NCBI GenBank assembly: GCA_040954595.2 | Contig: CM082580.2 | Location: forward strand, 982,783 to 1,046,782 | Direction: 5' to 3' | From: Balanoglossus misakiensis | Taxonomy: Eukaryota > Animalia > Hemichordata | Length of the DNA: 64,000 nt | Shown: positions 1-13,856 of the stretch, piece after piece | Numbering within the stretch: the stretch's first letter is position 1 | Layout of the letters: the number at the start of each line of letters is the position of its first letter | The notes under the pieces: generated by a model | Database searches by the model: none | Seen by the model: the letters and a program-made list of their open reading frames with translations, nothing else | Told to the model about the DNA's origin: nothing | Position numbers and translations under genes: made by a program

Positions 1-918
1 TTCGTCGATTTTGAAAAAAATCATGGGTTCTTGCAAAATCTCAAAATTTCGTCGATTTTGAAAAAAATCATGGGTTCGTTGAATTTTGAAAAAAAAAACA
101 TGGATGAAAATCATCAAAAAATGACAAATTTTCGACTTTGCAAAATCTCAAAATTTCGTCGATTTTGGAAAAAAATCATGGGTTCGTCGATTTTTGCAAA
201 AAATCATGGGTGAAAATCATCAAAAAATGACAAATTTTCGACTTTGCAAAATCTCAAAATTTCGTCGAATTTGAAAAAAATCATGGGTTCTTGCAAAATC
301 TCAAAATTTCGTCGATTTTGAAAACAATCATGGGTTCGTTGAATTGTGAAAAAAAACATGGATGAAAATCATCAAAAAATGACAAATTTTCGACTTTGCA
401 AAATCTCAAAATTTCGTCGATTTTGAAAAAAAATTATGGGTTCGTCGATTTTTGAAAAAAAAAAATGGGTGAAAATCATCAAAATGACCAATGTTCGACT
501 TTGCAAATCTCAAAATTTCGTCGATTTTTGAAATAAAAAATCATGGGCTATAGCTCATGAAAATCATCAACAAATGTCAAATTTTCAACTTTGCGAAATC
601 TCAAAATATCGTCGATTTTTGAAAAAAAAACATGGGTTCGTCGATTTTGAAAAAAAAATCATGGGCTATAGCTCATGAAAATCATCAACAAATGTCAAAT
701 TTTCAACTTTGCGAAATCTCAAAATTTCGTCGATTTTGAAAAAAATTATGGGTTCGTCGATTTTTGAAAAAAATCATGGGTGAAAATCATCAAAAAATGA
801 CAAATTTTCGACTGCAAAATCTCAAAATTTCGTCGATTTCGAAAAAAATCATGGGTTCGTCGATTTTTGAAAAAAAAAACATGGGTGAAAATCATCAAAA
901 AATTACAAATTTTCGACT
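1..918. repeat. A-tract-rich satellite, segment 1 (irregular ~80-115 bp units)
   Basis: Tandem shuffled modules TTCGTCGATTTTTGAAAAAAA(T)CATGGG and TGAAAATCATCAAAAAATGACAAATTTTCGACTTTGCAAAATCTCAAAAT. ORFs here are repeat artefacts. Confidence 0.95.
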
Positions 919-3900
919 TAGTGTGGTATGATGTGTATTCCCGTAGGATTTTTGTGCTAAAATTGATTTTTTTGCTGTTTTGGCTTCTACGGGGACCCAA
1001 CTACCCGAAAATGATGGGGTGCAATTTTAAGGGCCCCTCCATCATATTTTTCTGGGGGGGGTACTTCCGTTTTGTGGTATGATGTGTATTCCCGTAGGAT
1101 TTTTCTGCTAAAATTGATTTTTTTTGCTGTTTGGCTTCAATGGGGACCCAACTACCCAAAAATCATGGGGTGCAATTTTTAGGGCCCCTCCATCAATTTT
1201 TTTCGGGGGGTCTCTTCTGTTTTGGTCACTCGAGGATATTTGTTCACCTATTTACTCTATCATCATGGGAATTTGGGCTACAATTAATTTGTTTTTGTTG
1301 TGTTTGCTTTGGAGGAGACCAACCTGGCCAAAAATAATCGGGTGCAAATTATAGGGCCCCTCCATCATTTTTTATTTGGGGGGGGGCACTTCCATTTTGG
1401 CCACTCCGAAGTTGTTTGTTGGCCTATTTACTCCCTTCTCATAGAATATTTTGCTAAAAATATTATTTTTCTTTGATGTTTTGGTTTCAATGGGGCTCCA
1501 CCAGAACTAAAATGATGGGGTTCAAATTTTTGGAACCTTCCATCATGTCTTGGGGGGGGGGAGGGTAATCATTTCTGTTTTGGCCACCCTGAAGATACTT
1601 ATTCACCTATTTACTATACGGTTAGTATTGTCGTGGTATTTCTTGCAATTTGGTTTGCTCCTTTGGCTTGAATGCAGACTGACTGCCGAAAAGTGATGGT
1701 GTGCAAAATGTTGGACCCCTTTACCACATTTTTTGGTGGGGGGGGGGGTTCTCTATATTTGTTTTCGCCAACCCGTTGTAACAGTAGTTTTTTTTTATCT
1801 TAGATTTTTTCGTTTATTCTAAATTTAGTATACTAAGGTAAATTAAAACTCCTTTATATATAATAAAGTACATAATGTGTATTTTAGTTTATTTTCCGAG
1901 CTACAGTCCCATCTCATAAAATGGACCCTTGAGGCACCCTCCCTACCACGGACGGTGCAATAAACAACCCAAGAAGCATAACGATTCTTTTCTGATATCT
2001 TGGTATTCTCAATCATCATTTTCACGAAACCCAGTTCTGTTTGATCTACTCATCGCCAGTGTCGTTATCTTCAAGAACATTTCCCCCTGGTTTTCAGTCT
2101 CCACCATAGCATTTGCAGAGGGGAGTACATAGTAAATCATTCTTTGAGCAACTGCAACGTCCCCTACAACCTGCTTTGCAGCCACATTTGATAAGCTCTA
2201 GTACTGCCTTTGGTGCAGGGAGAGCAAGACATTTTACTGGATAAAACACGCCATTCTCCGATTTCCACCCATTCTTTTTGATTGGGGGAAGTTCAGGACA
2301 ATTTGTTGCGTATGATTTATCTCTCATTGTGATGAAGGGGTGGCACCCTTTTCACAGATCACGCAAATCTTATTTTTATCTACATATTAATTCTGTAGTT
2401 TATTGCAAAATGTCCTAATAGCTATCGAACTGGAACGTAAAACGCTGCTTACGGTGCTAAGAAAATAGCCAATATGTATTTAGTAATAAAACTGAGATGT
2501 AGTTCACAGACTTGTTTTATTTTCAGTAGTATTGAGCTACAAAATGAGCCAAATTTGATATTGTTAATGTTTACCAAAACAAGTTTTAGAAGTAAGACAT
2601 AGTTCAAGGGCTTTTTACAGCACTATTTTGCTATTGGCATGAAAATTTTGAAAATACTACTTTAAAATAGACAATACTTCAACTGATATGGCTTTATTTA
2701 CGACAGTATTTAACTTTGAAATGAGTTCAACTGAATATCGTTTTAATACCCCAAAAAACAAGTGTTGATTAAAACGTACTTCAGAGTTTATGCACAGACT
2801 TATATCGATGAGAATTTTAGTACAATGGTAAATATCTCAGACATTGATTGTGCTACGAAAGAATAAACAACTCTTAACGAAAAAGTTACCAGAATCATAT
2901 GCATATGATTCTGGTAACTCACGGCCCCTCGGGTGTAATAAACGGCTGCTATGGCCCTCATGGCCAGGCAATAGGTGTTCACTATTTGGTATAGCCTAGT
3001 ATACTATATTTTTGTAAACCATAGAAAACATGAGTGTGGTGATGAGTTGGGTGGCGGTCCAAGGTGAGGGGAGGTATATTATGCTAAGTCCAAACCAGAG
3101 AGATATTTGTGGTTGATTTGTTAGTGTCAAAATTCAACTAAGTATATTTATAAAAATAAGATAGCGCTGTAGTATATATGACAACTGATACAAATGTAGG
3201 TAACTGATATGTTTACCCATAAACCGTCTAATATTTAAGATTCCCAATATGTGGAGAGGCCCTAAAATTTGACCTCATTTTTGAGCAGTTAGGTCCCCAT
3301 AGAAGTTAAAAAAAAAGAAATTGGAAGAAATCCTTTACAAATACACATGTCACACTATGAACAAATATCTCCAGGGCTGCTAAAACTAAAGTGACCCCCC
3401 CCCCCTGCAAGAAAATGTGATGGAGGGGTCCAACAAATTGATTTCCATCATTTTGGGGATGTTTATTCATCATTGAAACCAAAACAGCAAACAAAACAAA
3501 TAACTATTAGCAAAAACTCCTACGAGAATACACGGTATAGGTGAACAAATACCGTTAAGATTGTCGGAATGTAAGTGCCCCCCCCCCACAAATGTAATAG
3601 AGGGGCCCTAAAATTTGCATGTGATCTTTTGTGACCAGGTGTCAAAACAGCAAAAAAAAAATTCTTTAGCAGAAAATTCTACGAAAATGGAGTAGATAGG
3701 TGAATAAATATCTTCGGGGAGGCCAAAACAGGAGTGACGACCCCCCCCCCCCGAAAAAATATGATGGAGGGGCCCTAAAAATTGCACCCCATCATTTTCG
3801 GGTAGTTGGGTCCCCATAGAAGCCAAAACAGCAAAAAAATCAATTTTAGCACAAAAATCCTACGGGAATACACATCATACCACAAAACGGAAGTACCCCC

Positions 3901-4054
3901 CCCCCCCGAGAAAAATATGATGGAGGGGCCCTTAAAATTTCACCCCATCATTTTCGGGTAGTTGGGTCCCAATAGAAGCCAAAACAGCAAAAAAATCAAT
4001 TTTAGCACAACAATCCTACGGGAGCTGTTTTTCATGACATACCATACCGCACTA
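919..4054. mobile_element. Non-autonomous Academ (AcademX-type) foldback DNA transposon inserted in the satellite
   Basis: Termini TAGTGTGGTATG / CATACCGCACTA. 3-bp TSD ACT at 916-918 and 4055-4057; removing the element restores the satellite motif TTTCGACTGCAAAA. ~800-bp inverted arms built of ~150-180 bp tandem units. Internal Cys-rich remnant. Confidence 0.8.
2062..2327 (-). pseudogene. C-terminal Cys-rich (CXC/Cys8 zinc finger) fragment of an Academ transposase
   Basis: GW..ENG..YP....LPAPKAVLELIKCGCKAGCRGRCSCSKNDLLCTPLCKC, then a small lesion and an acidic tail. The rest of the gene is deleted. Confidence 0.75.
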
Positions 4055-6727
4055 ACTGCAAAATCTCAAAATTTGGTCGATTTTTGAAAAAAATCATGGT
4101 GAAAATCATCAAAAAATGACAAATTTTTGATTTTGCAAAATCTCAAAATTTCGTCGATTTTGAAAAAAATTATGGGTTCGTCGATTTTTGAAAAAAAACA
4201 TGGGTGAATTTTCGACTTTGCAAAATCTCAAAATTTCATCGATTTTGAAAAAAATCATGGGTTCGTTGATTTTTTAAAAAAACATGGGTGAATTTTCGAC
4301 TTTGCAAAATCTCAAAATTTCGTCGATTTGGAAAAAAAATCATGGGTTCGTTGATTTTTAAAAAAAAACATGGGTGAAAATCATCAAAAAATGACAAATT
4401 TTCGATTTTCCAAATCTCAAAAGTTCGCCGATTTTGAAAAAAAATCATGGGTTCGTCGATTGTTTAAAAAAAACATGGGTGAAAATCAACAAAATGACAA
4501 ATTTTCGACTGCAAAATCTCAAAATTTCGTCGATTTTTGAAAAAAAAATCATTGGCTGTAGCTCATGAAAATCATCAACAAATGTCAAATTTTCAACTTT
4601 GCGAAATCTCAAAATATCGTCGATTTTTGAAAAAAAAACCATGGGTTCGTCGATTTTTGAAAAAAAACATGGGTGAAAATCAACAAAATGACAAATTTTC
4701 GACTTTGCAAAATGTCAAAATTTCGTAGATTTTGAAAAAAATTATGGGTTCGTCGATTTTTGAAAAAAATCATGGGTGAAAATCTTCAAAAAATGACAAA
4801 TTTTCGACTGCAAAATCTCAAAATTTCGTCGATTTTCGAAAAAAAATAATGGGTGAAAATCATCAAAAAAATGACAAATTTTTGATTTTGCAAAATCTCA
4901 AAATTTCGTCGATTTTGAAAAAAAATCACGGGTTCGTCGATTTTTTAAAAAAACATGAGTGAAAACCATCAAAAAATGACAAATTTAAGACTGCAAAATC
5001 TTAAAATTTCGTCGACTTTTGAAAAAAAGCATGGGTTCGTTGATTTTTTAAAAAAACATGGGTGAAAATCATCAAAAATTTACAAATTTTCGACTGCAAA
5101 ATCTCAAAATTTCGTCGATTTTTGAAAAAAAAATCATGGGTGAAAATCCTCAAAAAAACGACAAATTTTTGATTTTGCAAAATTTCAAAATTTCGTCGAT
5201 TTTGAAAAAAAATCATGGGTTCGTTGATTTTTTAAAAAAACATGGGTGAAAATCATCAAAAAATGAAAAATTTTCGACTTTGCAAAATCTCAAAATTTCG
5301 TCGATTTTGAAAAAAATTATGGGTTCGTCGATTTTTGAAAAAAAATCATGGGTGAAAATCATCAAAAAATGACAAATTTTCGATTTTGCAAAATCTCAAA
5401 AGTTCGTCGATTTTGAAAAAAAATCATGGGTTCGTCGATTGTTTAAAAAAAACATGGGTGAAAATCAACAAAATGACAAATTTTCGACTGCAAAATCTCA
5501 AAATTTCGTCGATTTTTGAAAAAAAAATCATAGGCTATAGCTCATGAAAATCATCAACAAATGTCAAATTTTCAACTTTGCGAAATCTCAAAATATCGTC
5601 GATTTTTGAAAAAAAAAACGGGTGAAAATCATCAAAAAATGACAAATTTTCGACTTTGCAAAATCTCAAAATTTCGTCGATTTTGAAAAAAAATATGGGT
5701 TCGTCGATTTTTGAAAAAAATCATGGGTGAAAATCATCAAAAAATGACAAATTTTCGACTGCAAATCTCAAAATTTCGTCGATTTTTGAAAAAAAATTAT
5801 GGGTGAAAATCATCAAAAAAATGACAAATTTTTGATTTTGCAAAATCTCAAAAATCACGGGTTCGTCGATTTTGAAAAAAATCACGGGTTCGTCGATTTT
5901 TTAAAAAAACATGGGTGAAAACCATCAAAAAATGACAAATTTTCGACTGCAAAATCTCAAAATTTCGTCGATTTTTGAAAAAAAACATGCGTTCGTCGAT
6001 TTCTGAAAAAAAAAATTTTTGATTTTGCAAAATCTCAAAAATCACGGGTTCGTCGATTTTGAAAAAAATCACGGGTTCGTCGATTTTTTAAAAAAACATG
6101 GGTGAAAACCATCAAAAAATGACAAATTTTCGACTGCAAAATCTCAAAATTTCGTCGATTTTTGAAAAAAAACATGCGTTCGTCGATTTCTGAAAAAAAA
6201 AACATGGGTGAAAATCATCAAAAAATGACAAATTTTTGATTTTGCAAAATCTCAAAATTTCGTCGATTTTGAAAAAAAATCACGGGTTCGTCGATTTTTT
6301 AAAAAAACATGGGTGAAAACCATCAAAAAATGACAAATTTAAGACTGCAAAATCTCAAAATTTCGTCGACTTTTGAAAAAAAACATGGGTTCGTCGATTT
6401 TTGAAAAAAAAACATGGGTGAAAATCATCAAAAAATGAAACATTTTAGACTGCAAAATCTCAAAATTTCGTCGATTTTGAAAAAAATTATGGGTTCGTCG
6501 ATTTTTAAAAAAAAATCATGGGTGAAAATCATAAAAAAATGACAAATTTTCGAGTTTGCAAAATCTCAAAATTTCGTAGATTTTTGAAAAAAATCATGGG
6601 TGAAAATCATCAAAAAATGAAAAATTTTCGACTTTGCATAATCTCAAAATTTCGTCGATTTTGAAAAAAATCATTGGTTCGTCGATTTTTGAAAAAAAAA
6701 ACATCGGTGAAAATCACCAAAAAAAAA
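4055..6727. repeat. A-tract-rich satellite, segment 2
   Basis: Same modules as 1-918. Confidence 0.95.
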
Positions 6728-9700
6728 TAGGTATTTGACTCAGAGTAAACAAGATTGTGTAATTGATACATGTCAGAACGAGATAGAGATATCACGCGCT
6801 AAGTTCATGTTTAAGAAATATTAAGATGACGTGTTCCTTTTATGACATAATACTTGACTAACGTATTAATAAGAGGTGGTGAAATTTGATATCACATTAT
6901 TATCACCGGAGATCCGTGACGGGAGTCAACGAGCATGGATAGAGTCGTGTAATTCTTACGTGTGACCAGTAATAAACCACAACTATTTGTGTTACTCGGA
7001 AAACTTGTTGAAAGTCTCGTTATGCCTCTCGTTAAGTTTACGATATGCCGGGTACCTCTCTCTGACTCTATGAATATGTTGGGTGGAGAAGGAGAGGGAG
7101 AGAATTTACACTCTCACCCTTCGGACGTGGCTGATTCCCCAAAGAAGCCCCGATGAGGTAAACGTCCGAAGGATGGCGGGCGTAACAAAACTACAGTGTT
7201 CGCAACATGACCTCAGGTCCGCCGCAGGTTTTGCATGTTACAGCAGAAAACGTCTCCGTCAGACCACTAAAAGTAATACCTTTAGGACATAAATTATTTA
7301 TCTTGAAAGATATTGCTGTATGCAAATTTCATCTCCGGATTGCTATCGGCGAAACATACCGAGGCTGTCGTCGCTATAGTTGGGACCGACAGTCGAGACC
7401 CACATTGTATTGTAAGGAAAGTTTTAGACGCAACTTAATCAAAGCAGGTATAGTTAGCAGAGCAGATTAAGTTAGCAGAGGAGTGTCGGTATCGTCCACC
7501 GTAAACAGGTGTATTCCTATCGGATTTCAAGCGACAGTCAATTCCACTGGTCATCGATGTTTTTCTCCAAGGTGTTTGAAATACGTCTGTTCGATAGAGT
7601 CGTTGTTCCAAAATATGCACGGATGCACGGAATGCGACCACATCTGGTTGTTGACAACAAACTAAGGTAGATTATGACTATAATCCCAACTGTCTCCTGT
7701 GTGACACACTCCTGTTGTGATTATTGCTGGAATAGGCAATGTTTAAAACATGGGTGAAAATCAACAAAATGACAAATTTTCGACTGCAAAATCTCAAAAT
7801 TTCGTCGATTTTTGAAAAAAAAATCATTGGCTGTAGCTCATGAAAATCATCAACAAATGTCAAATTTTCAACTTTGCGAAATCTCAAAATATCGTCGATT
7901 TTTGAAAAAAAAACCATGGGTTCGTCGATTTTTGAAAAAAAACATGGGTGAAAATCATCAAAAAATGACAAATTTTCGACTTTGCAAAATGTCAAAATTT
8001 CGTAGATTTTGAAAAAAATTATGGGTTCGTCGATTTTTGAAAAAAATCATGGGTGAAAATCTTCAAAAAATGACAAATTTTCGACTGCAAAATCTCAAAA
8101 TTTCGTCGATTTTCGAAAAAAAATAATGGGTGAAAATCATCAAAAAAATGACAAATTTTTGATTTTGCAAAATCTCAAAATTTCGTCGATTTTGAAAAAA
8201 AATCACGGGTTCGTCGATTTTTTAAAAAAACATGAGTGAAAACCATCAAAAAATGACAAATTTAAGACTGCAAAATCTTAAAATTTCGTCGACTTTTGAA
8301 AAAAAGCATGGGTTCGTTGATTTTTTAAAAAAACATGGGTGAAAATCATCAAAAATTTACAAATTTTCGACTGCAAAATCTCAAAATTTCGTCGATTTTT
8401 GAAAAAAAAATCATGGGTGAAAATCCTCAAAAAAACGACAAATTTTTGATTTTGCAAAATTTCAAAATTTCGTCGATTTTGAAAAAAAATCATGGGTTCG
8501 TTGATTTTTTAAAAAAACATGGGTGAAAATCATCAAAAAATGAAAAATTTTCGACTTTGCAAAATCTCAAAATTTCGTCGATTTTGAAAAAAATTATGGG
8601 TTCGTCGATTTTTGAAAAAAAATCATGGGTGAAAATCATCAAAAAATGACAAATTTTCGATTTTGCAAAATCTCAAAAGTTCGTCGATTTTGAAAAAAAA
8701 TCATGGGTTCGTCGATTGTTTAAAAAAAACATGGGTGAAAATCAACAAAATGACAAATTTTCGACTGCAAAATCTCAAAATTTCGTCGATTTTTGAAAAA
8801 AAAATCATAGGCTATAGCTCATGAAAATCATCAACAAATGTCAAATTTTCAACTTTGCGAAATCTCAAAATATCGTCGATTTTTGAAAAAAAAAACGGGT
8901 GAAAATCATCAAAAAATGACAAATTTTCGACTTTGCAAAATCTCAAAATTTCGTCGATTTTGAAAAAAAATATGGGTTCGTCGATTTTTGAAAAAAATCA
9001 TGGGTGAAAATCATCAAAAAATGACAAATTTTCGACTGCAAATCTCAAAATTTCGTCGATTTTTGAAAAAAAATCATGGGTGAAAATCATCAAAAAAATG
9101 ACAAATTTTTGATTTTGCAAAATCTCAAAAATCACGGGTTCGTCGATTTTGAAAAAAATCACGGGTTCGTCGATTTTTTAAAAAAACATGGGTGAAAACC
9201 ATCAAAAAATGACAAATTTTCGACTGCAAAATCTCAAAATTTCGTCGATTTTTGAAAAAAAACATGCGTTCGTCGATTTCTGAAAAAAAAAATTTTTGAT
9301 TTTGCAAAATCTCAAAAATCACGGGTTCGTCGATTTTGAAAAAAATCACGGGTTCGTCGATTTTTTAAAAAAACATGGGTGAAAACCATCAAAAAATGAC
9401 AAATTTTCGACTGCAAAATCTCAAAATTTCGTCGATTTTTGAAAAAAAACATGCGTTCGTCGATTTCTGAAAAAAAAAACATGGGTGAAAATCATCAAAA
9501 AATGACAAATTTTTGATTTTGCAAAATCTCAAAATTTCGTCGATTTTGAAAAAAAATCACGGGTTCGTCGATTTTTTAAAAAAACATGGGTGAAAACCAT
9601 CAAAAAATGACAAATTTAAGACTGCAAAATCTCAAAATTTCGTCGACTTTTGAAAAAAAACATGGGTTCGTCGATTTTTGAAAAAAAAACATGGGTGAAA

Positions 9701-11022
9701 ATCATCAAAAAATGAAACATTTTAGACTGCAAAATCTCAAAATTTCGTCGATTTTGAAAAAAATTATGGGTTCGTCGATTTTTAAAAAAAAATCATGGGT
9801 GAAAATCATAAAAAAATGACAAATTTTCGAGTTTGCAAAATCTCAAAATTTCGTAGATTTTTGAAAAAAAATCATGGGTGAAAATCATCAAAAAATGAAA
9901 AATTTTCGACTTTGCATAATCTCAAAATTTCGTCGATTTTGAAAAAAATCATTGGTTCGTCGATTTTTGAAAAAAAAAACATCGGTGAAAATCACCAAAA
10001 AAAAATAGGTATTTGACTCAGAGTAAACAAGATTGTGTAATTGATACATGTCAGAACGAGATAGAGATATCACGCGCTAAGTTCATGTTTAAGAAATATT
10101 AAGATGACGTGTTCCTTTTATGACATAATACTTGACTAACGTATTAATAAGAGGTGGTGAAATTTGATATCACATTATTATCACCGGAGATCCGTGACGG
10201 GAGTCAACGAGCATGGATAGAGTCGTGTAATTCTTACGTGTGACCAGTAATAAACCACAACTATTTGTGTTACTCGGAAAACTTGTTGAAAGTCTCGTTA
10301 TGCCTCTCGTTAAGTTTACGATATGCCGGGTACCTCTCTCTGACTCTATGAATATGTTGGGTGGAGAAGGAGAGGGAGAGAATTTACACTCTCACCCTTC
10401 GGACGTGGCTGATTCCCCAAAGAAGCCCCGATGAGGTAAACGTCCGAAGGATGGCGGGCGTAACAAAACTACAGTGTTCGCAACATGACCTCAGGTCCGC
10501 CGCAGGTTTTGCATGTTACAGCAGAAAACGTCTCCGTCAGACCACTAAAAGTAATACCTTTAGGACATAAATTATTTATCTTGAAAGATATTGCTGTATG
10601 CAAATTTCATCTCCGGATTGCTATCGGCGAAACATACCGAGGCTGTCGTCGCTATAGTTGGGACCGACAGTCGAGACCCACATTGTATTGTAAGGAAAGT
10701 TTTAGACGCAACTTAATCAAAGCAGGTATAGTTAGCAGAGCAGATTAAGTTAGCAGAGGAGTGTCGGTATCGTCCACCGTAAACAGGTGTATTCCTATCG
10801 GATTTCAAGCGACAGTCAATTCCACTGGTCATCGATGTTTTTCTCCAAGGTGTTTGAAATACGTCTGTTCGATAGAGTCGTTGTTCCAAAATATGCACGG
10901 ATGCACGGAATGCGACCACATCTGGTTGTTGACAACAAACTAAGGTAGATTATGACTATAATCCCAACTGTCTCCTGTGTGACACACTCCTGTTGTGATT
11001 ATTGCTGGAATAGGCAATGTTT
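4466..11022 (+). repeat. Near-identical tandem duplication, period ~3277 bp (~2.26 kb satellite + ~1.0 kb non-satellite)
   Basis: Identical ORF translations offset by 3277-3278 (5001/8278, 6962/10240, 7483/10761). Junction near 7740-7748 with TGTTT microhomology. Confidence 0.9.
7745..10005. repeat. A-tract-rich satellite, segment 3 (duplicated copy)
   Basis: Copy of ~4470-6727. Confidence 0.95.
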
Positions 11023-12957
11023 TAATCTGCCTGCAAAGACTCGTGTGACAAAGATTGTCGGCCAGTCAACATCACCAACGATATTAACAATATAAAATAA
11101 ATAAAATTTCAACGATTCAACTTCTTTTCTAGCTTCCTATCTGGATAGTTTGTTTTTTTTACTCTAAAGATCGCCTTTCTTCCAGGCCACGTGGCAAGAG
11201 ACGTTATCAACTTCTACTATGATCGATGCGAGAGTACTATAGTATTCTCATATACACAGACAAAGGCCACCAAAATAAGAGAATCATTTGGTCAAATGGT
11301 AGAGGGCGCAAAAACAGATATTTCAAATGACAAAATTTTCCGATAAACGTGTTTAATCAAATCAAACTGTGCTCAATGGTATGCTTGCAAAAATTGAATA
11401 CAAATGAAACAAAACACAGCAACTGCCATGAACAAGAAGTTTATTCATGTCAAAATTCAATTTTTTTGAATCATTGATTTCAATTATCAGCTGAAAACTA
11501 AAATTAGATTGTCATCTTGAACAGTATAAAATCAGCGAGCCATTAGACATTAAGTACCCAGCATACTAAAATAAAACCATGTAAACATGCACAATTAGAT
11601 AATCAAATAATTTTTATTTATTCACCATGATGTTTTTAATGTATGTCAAGTCAAAGTACTTGAAGTTATGGACGATCAATTAAAATAGAAAACTGTAATT
11701 TTAATGGCTGGGTAATGTATCCAATTTCTGCCCAATATATGAAATTTCCGAGTTAGCAACTGAAGAATTCGTGGGGAAAATAGTTACGTGATGTGTAACA
11801 GAATTCACTTGGAAGTAAGGAGTTTTTGTAAAATCAACATGCATATTACAATTTATTTGTAAAAACTTGATTGGCAATGGAAAATTGGCGTTTAAATATA
11901 TAGTACTTCAAGATGAACAGATAAAATATAAGTTATTACAGATGTCATTTTACGACAACAAGGAATGGTAAATCGTTCTTTAATATCTTTAAAGATGCCA
12001 GGTCAAAGGTCACCTTTGCAAATTCAACCACTGGTACCATAGCCATTTCAAATGTAGCCAAAAGTGCGCCACCACTTTCTTCAAACATACTGAAACCATC
12101 TACAGGTTACCGTAGTCATATATCTCTTGGCATCCATGGCAGTTTAGCTAGTCATGAGCTGGCAAGGGGTGACCTGTAAGCTTTAAACTCTGGCTTCGGT
12201 AATGTCGACTCTGGCTCTGGCATATACTTGCAGGTCCATATGACCTTGGGGTGAACATGGTCATGAAGAAATAAATAGAATCTGTTTGGTGCATTGTCAA
12301 CTTCATTTTATAGTTTCAAAAAATTACAATATGATGAGTAATATTGTTGTTGTTTTCAAAGAGACTCACCACACACTTTAGTAAATCAATGACTTGAAAA
12401 AGTTTTGAGGACTATCATTTGTCAGAATCTCGGACCGCGAGGCACATACTACCTTAAATAGTTTCACTCGCAGCTTCTTGTGGGCAGTTTCTCCTTGCGT
12501 ACCTGTACAGACACACCAGGAGGCCGTTCCCGATGAACAACTCAACCCACATGAAAACATTCAAGCGTCTGGTCACACCCATTTCCGTCAAACAAGAACA
12601 TGAATGAAACTGCGGAGGAAGAGAACGGGAGAGTGCCCATTAACCCTGTAATGACCAATCATTTACTGGAACAAGGTTCAGGATGTACGATCACTGGAGT
12701 TGAAAATAAGGTCATGGATTTGAAAATTATTTTGAGTTATGAAATTGAAAATACATATTTTTCATTGTGGATTCTCCGACATAAATATTATCAAAAACAA
12801 TAAGGGTTGTCTTTTTAATTTATGACATATAACGCCATGAATCTAGCCCATTAATACAAAGGCAATACTAAAACACATTTCGGGTTAGCGTTATGACAAC
12901 TTGAAGAAAGTATGAATACAAACTTTCTAAAGTAATATTTTAAAGGTTGGCGTATTG
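10990..12957 (+). repeat. ~2-kb segmental duplication, copy 1 (copy 2 at 27786-29754)
   Basis: Collinear from CTGTTGTGATTATTGCTGGAATAGG to AAGGTTGGCGTATTG with scattered substitutions. Confidence 0.92.
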
Positions 12958-13070
12958 ATTACAGCTTGTTTGTTCTGCTATTAATGGAAATTCGGTTAGA
13001 GCCGTTTGAGGCAACTCTTATTCTGTCAAAGTTATGGCGTTAACTTATTCTGATAAAGTTATGTTAACGC

Positions 13071-13181
13071 TAATCTGATTAAAATCAGATGTAGGGAACG
13101 GCGACGTGTTTTTTATGCTGTCGCAGCATCAAAAAACTACGTCGCCATTCCCTAGGCCTACATCTGATTTCAAACAGATTG
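13071..13181. mobile_element. ~110-bp hairpin MITE (TAATCTG...CAGATTG), possibly AcademH-type
   Basis: Whole-length imperfect palindrome. Flanks TGTTAACGC / TGTTAACAT look like a degenerate 9-bp TSD. Related copy at 13441-13545. Confidence 0.55.
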
Positions 13182-13216
13182 TGTTAACATCAGGAACACT
13201 TTACATACATAAACTA

Positions 13217-13423
13217 CTGTAAAACACTTTATTTTAGCGAGTTGAAATTTTCACGATATCGAGAGAGGCTACTGTTTCGCGAGTATTAATTTTCGCGTTC
13301 TCTTATTTCATTCACTGCATCGTTATCTTCAAAAATAATTATGCGACCTCTTATTTTCATACCATTTTGGCTCTCACGTATCTCGCGAAAATGTATTGCT
13401 CGCGAAAATAACTTGTTTCACAG
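13217..13423. mobile_element. Tc1/mariner-type MITE
   Basis: TA|CTGTAAAACA...TGTTTCACAG|TA, ~25-bp imperfect TIR, internal TTTTCGCG / CGCGAAAA repeats. Confidence 0.7.
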
Positions 13424-13440
13424 TATATGCAAATATGCAG

Positions 13441-13545
13441 TAATCTGAATAAAATCAGATGTATGGTACGACGACGTCTTTTACTTATGTGGTACAGTAT
13501 TATTAGTATGCTGTCGTCATACCAACTGCGATTTTAGTCAGATTG
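13441..13545. mobile_element. Second hairpin MITE of the TAATCTG...CAGATTG family
   Basis: Starts TAATCTGAATAAAATCAGATGTA like 13071 and is palindromic. TSD unclear. Confidence 0.5.
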
Positions 13546-13856
13546 TATGTACGTCAACACTGATTGTTGTGGCTGCCTTAAATAGGTTTTCACTTTGCGC
13601 TACCTCTATACGTAACGCGTTCACTCAGTAGACCAAAATACACGGATGTCCAGCAGACAAGAGTTCCTGTTTATACCATGAGGCTAGAAGACTGTATTGT
13701 GTTATTATACAGTGGTGCAGTCTAGATTTTAGTGAGGGATTGAAGCGAATCCAATTGCTTGCTTGAAACTCGCCCATCGTGATTGTGCATTGATAAAATA
13801 CAATAATCATACCACAGAAACATAAATTCCAGCTGCGCCTATCAGCGAGATTGTCA

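Noticed and set aside
1-10005. CRISPR-like array or coding ORFs in the satellites (also 56950-64000)
   Set aside because: No unique spacers, no cas genes, eukaryotic context. The short ORFs are repeat translations.
6728-12957. Possible host-gene exons (e.g. AG/GT-bounded 11942-11967, 7509-7666, 12363-12710)
   Set aside because: Frames contain stops, splice sites differ between duplicate copies, and no recognisable domain emerges.
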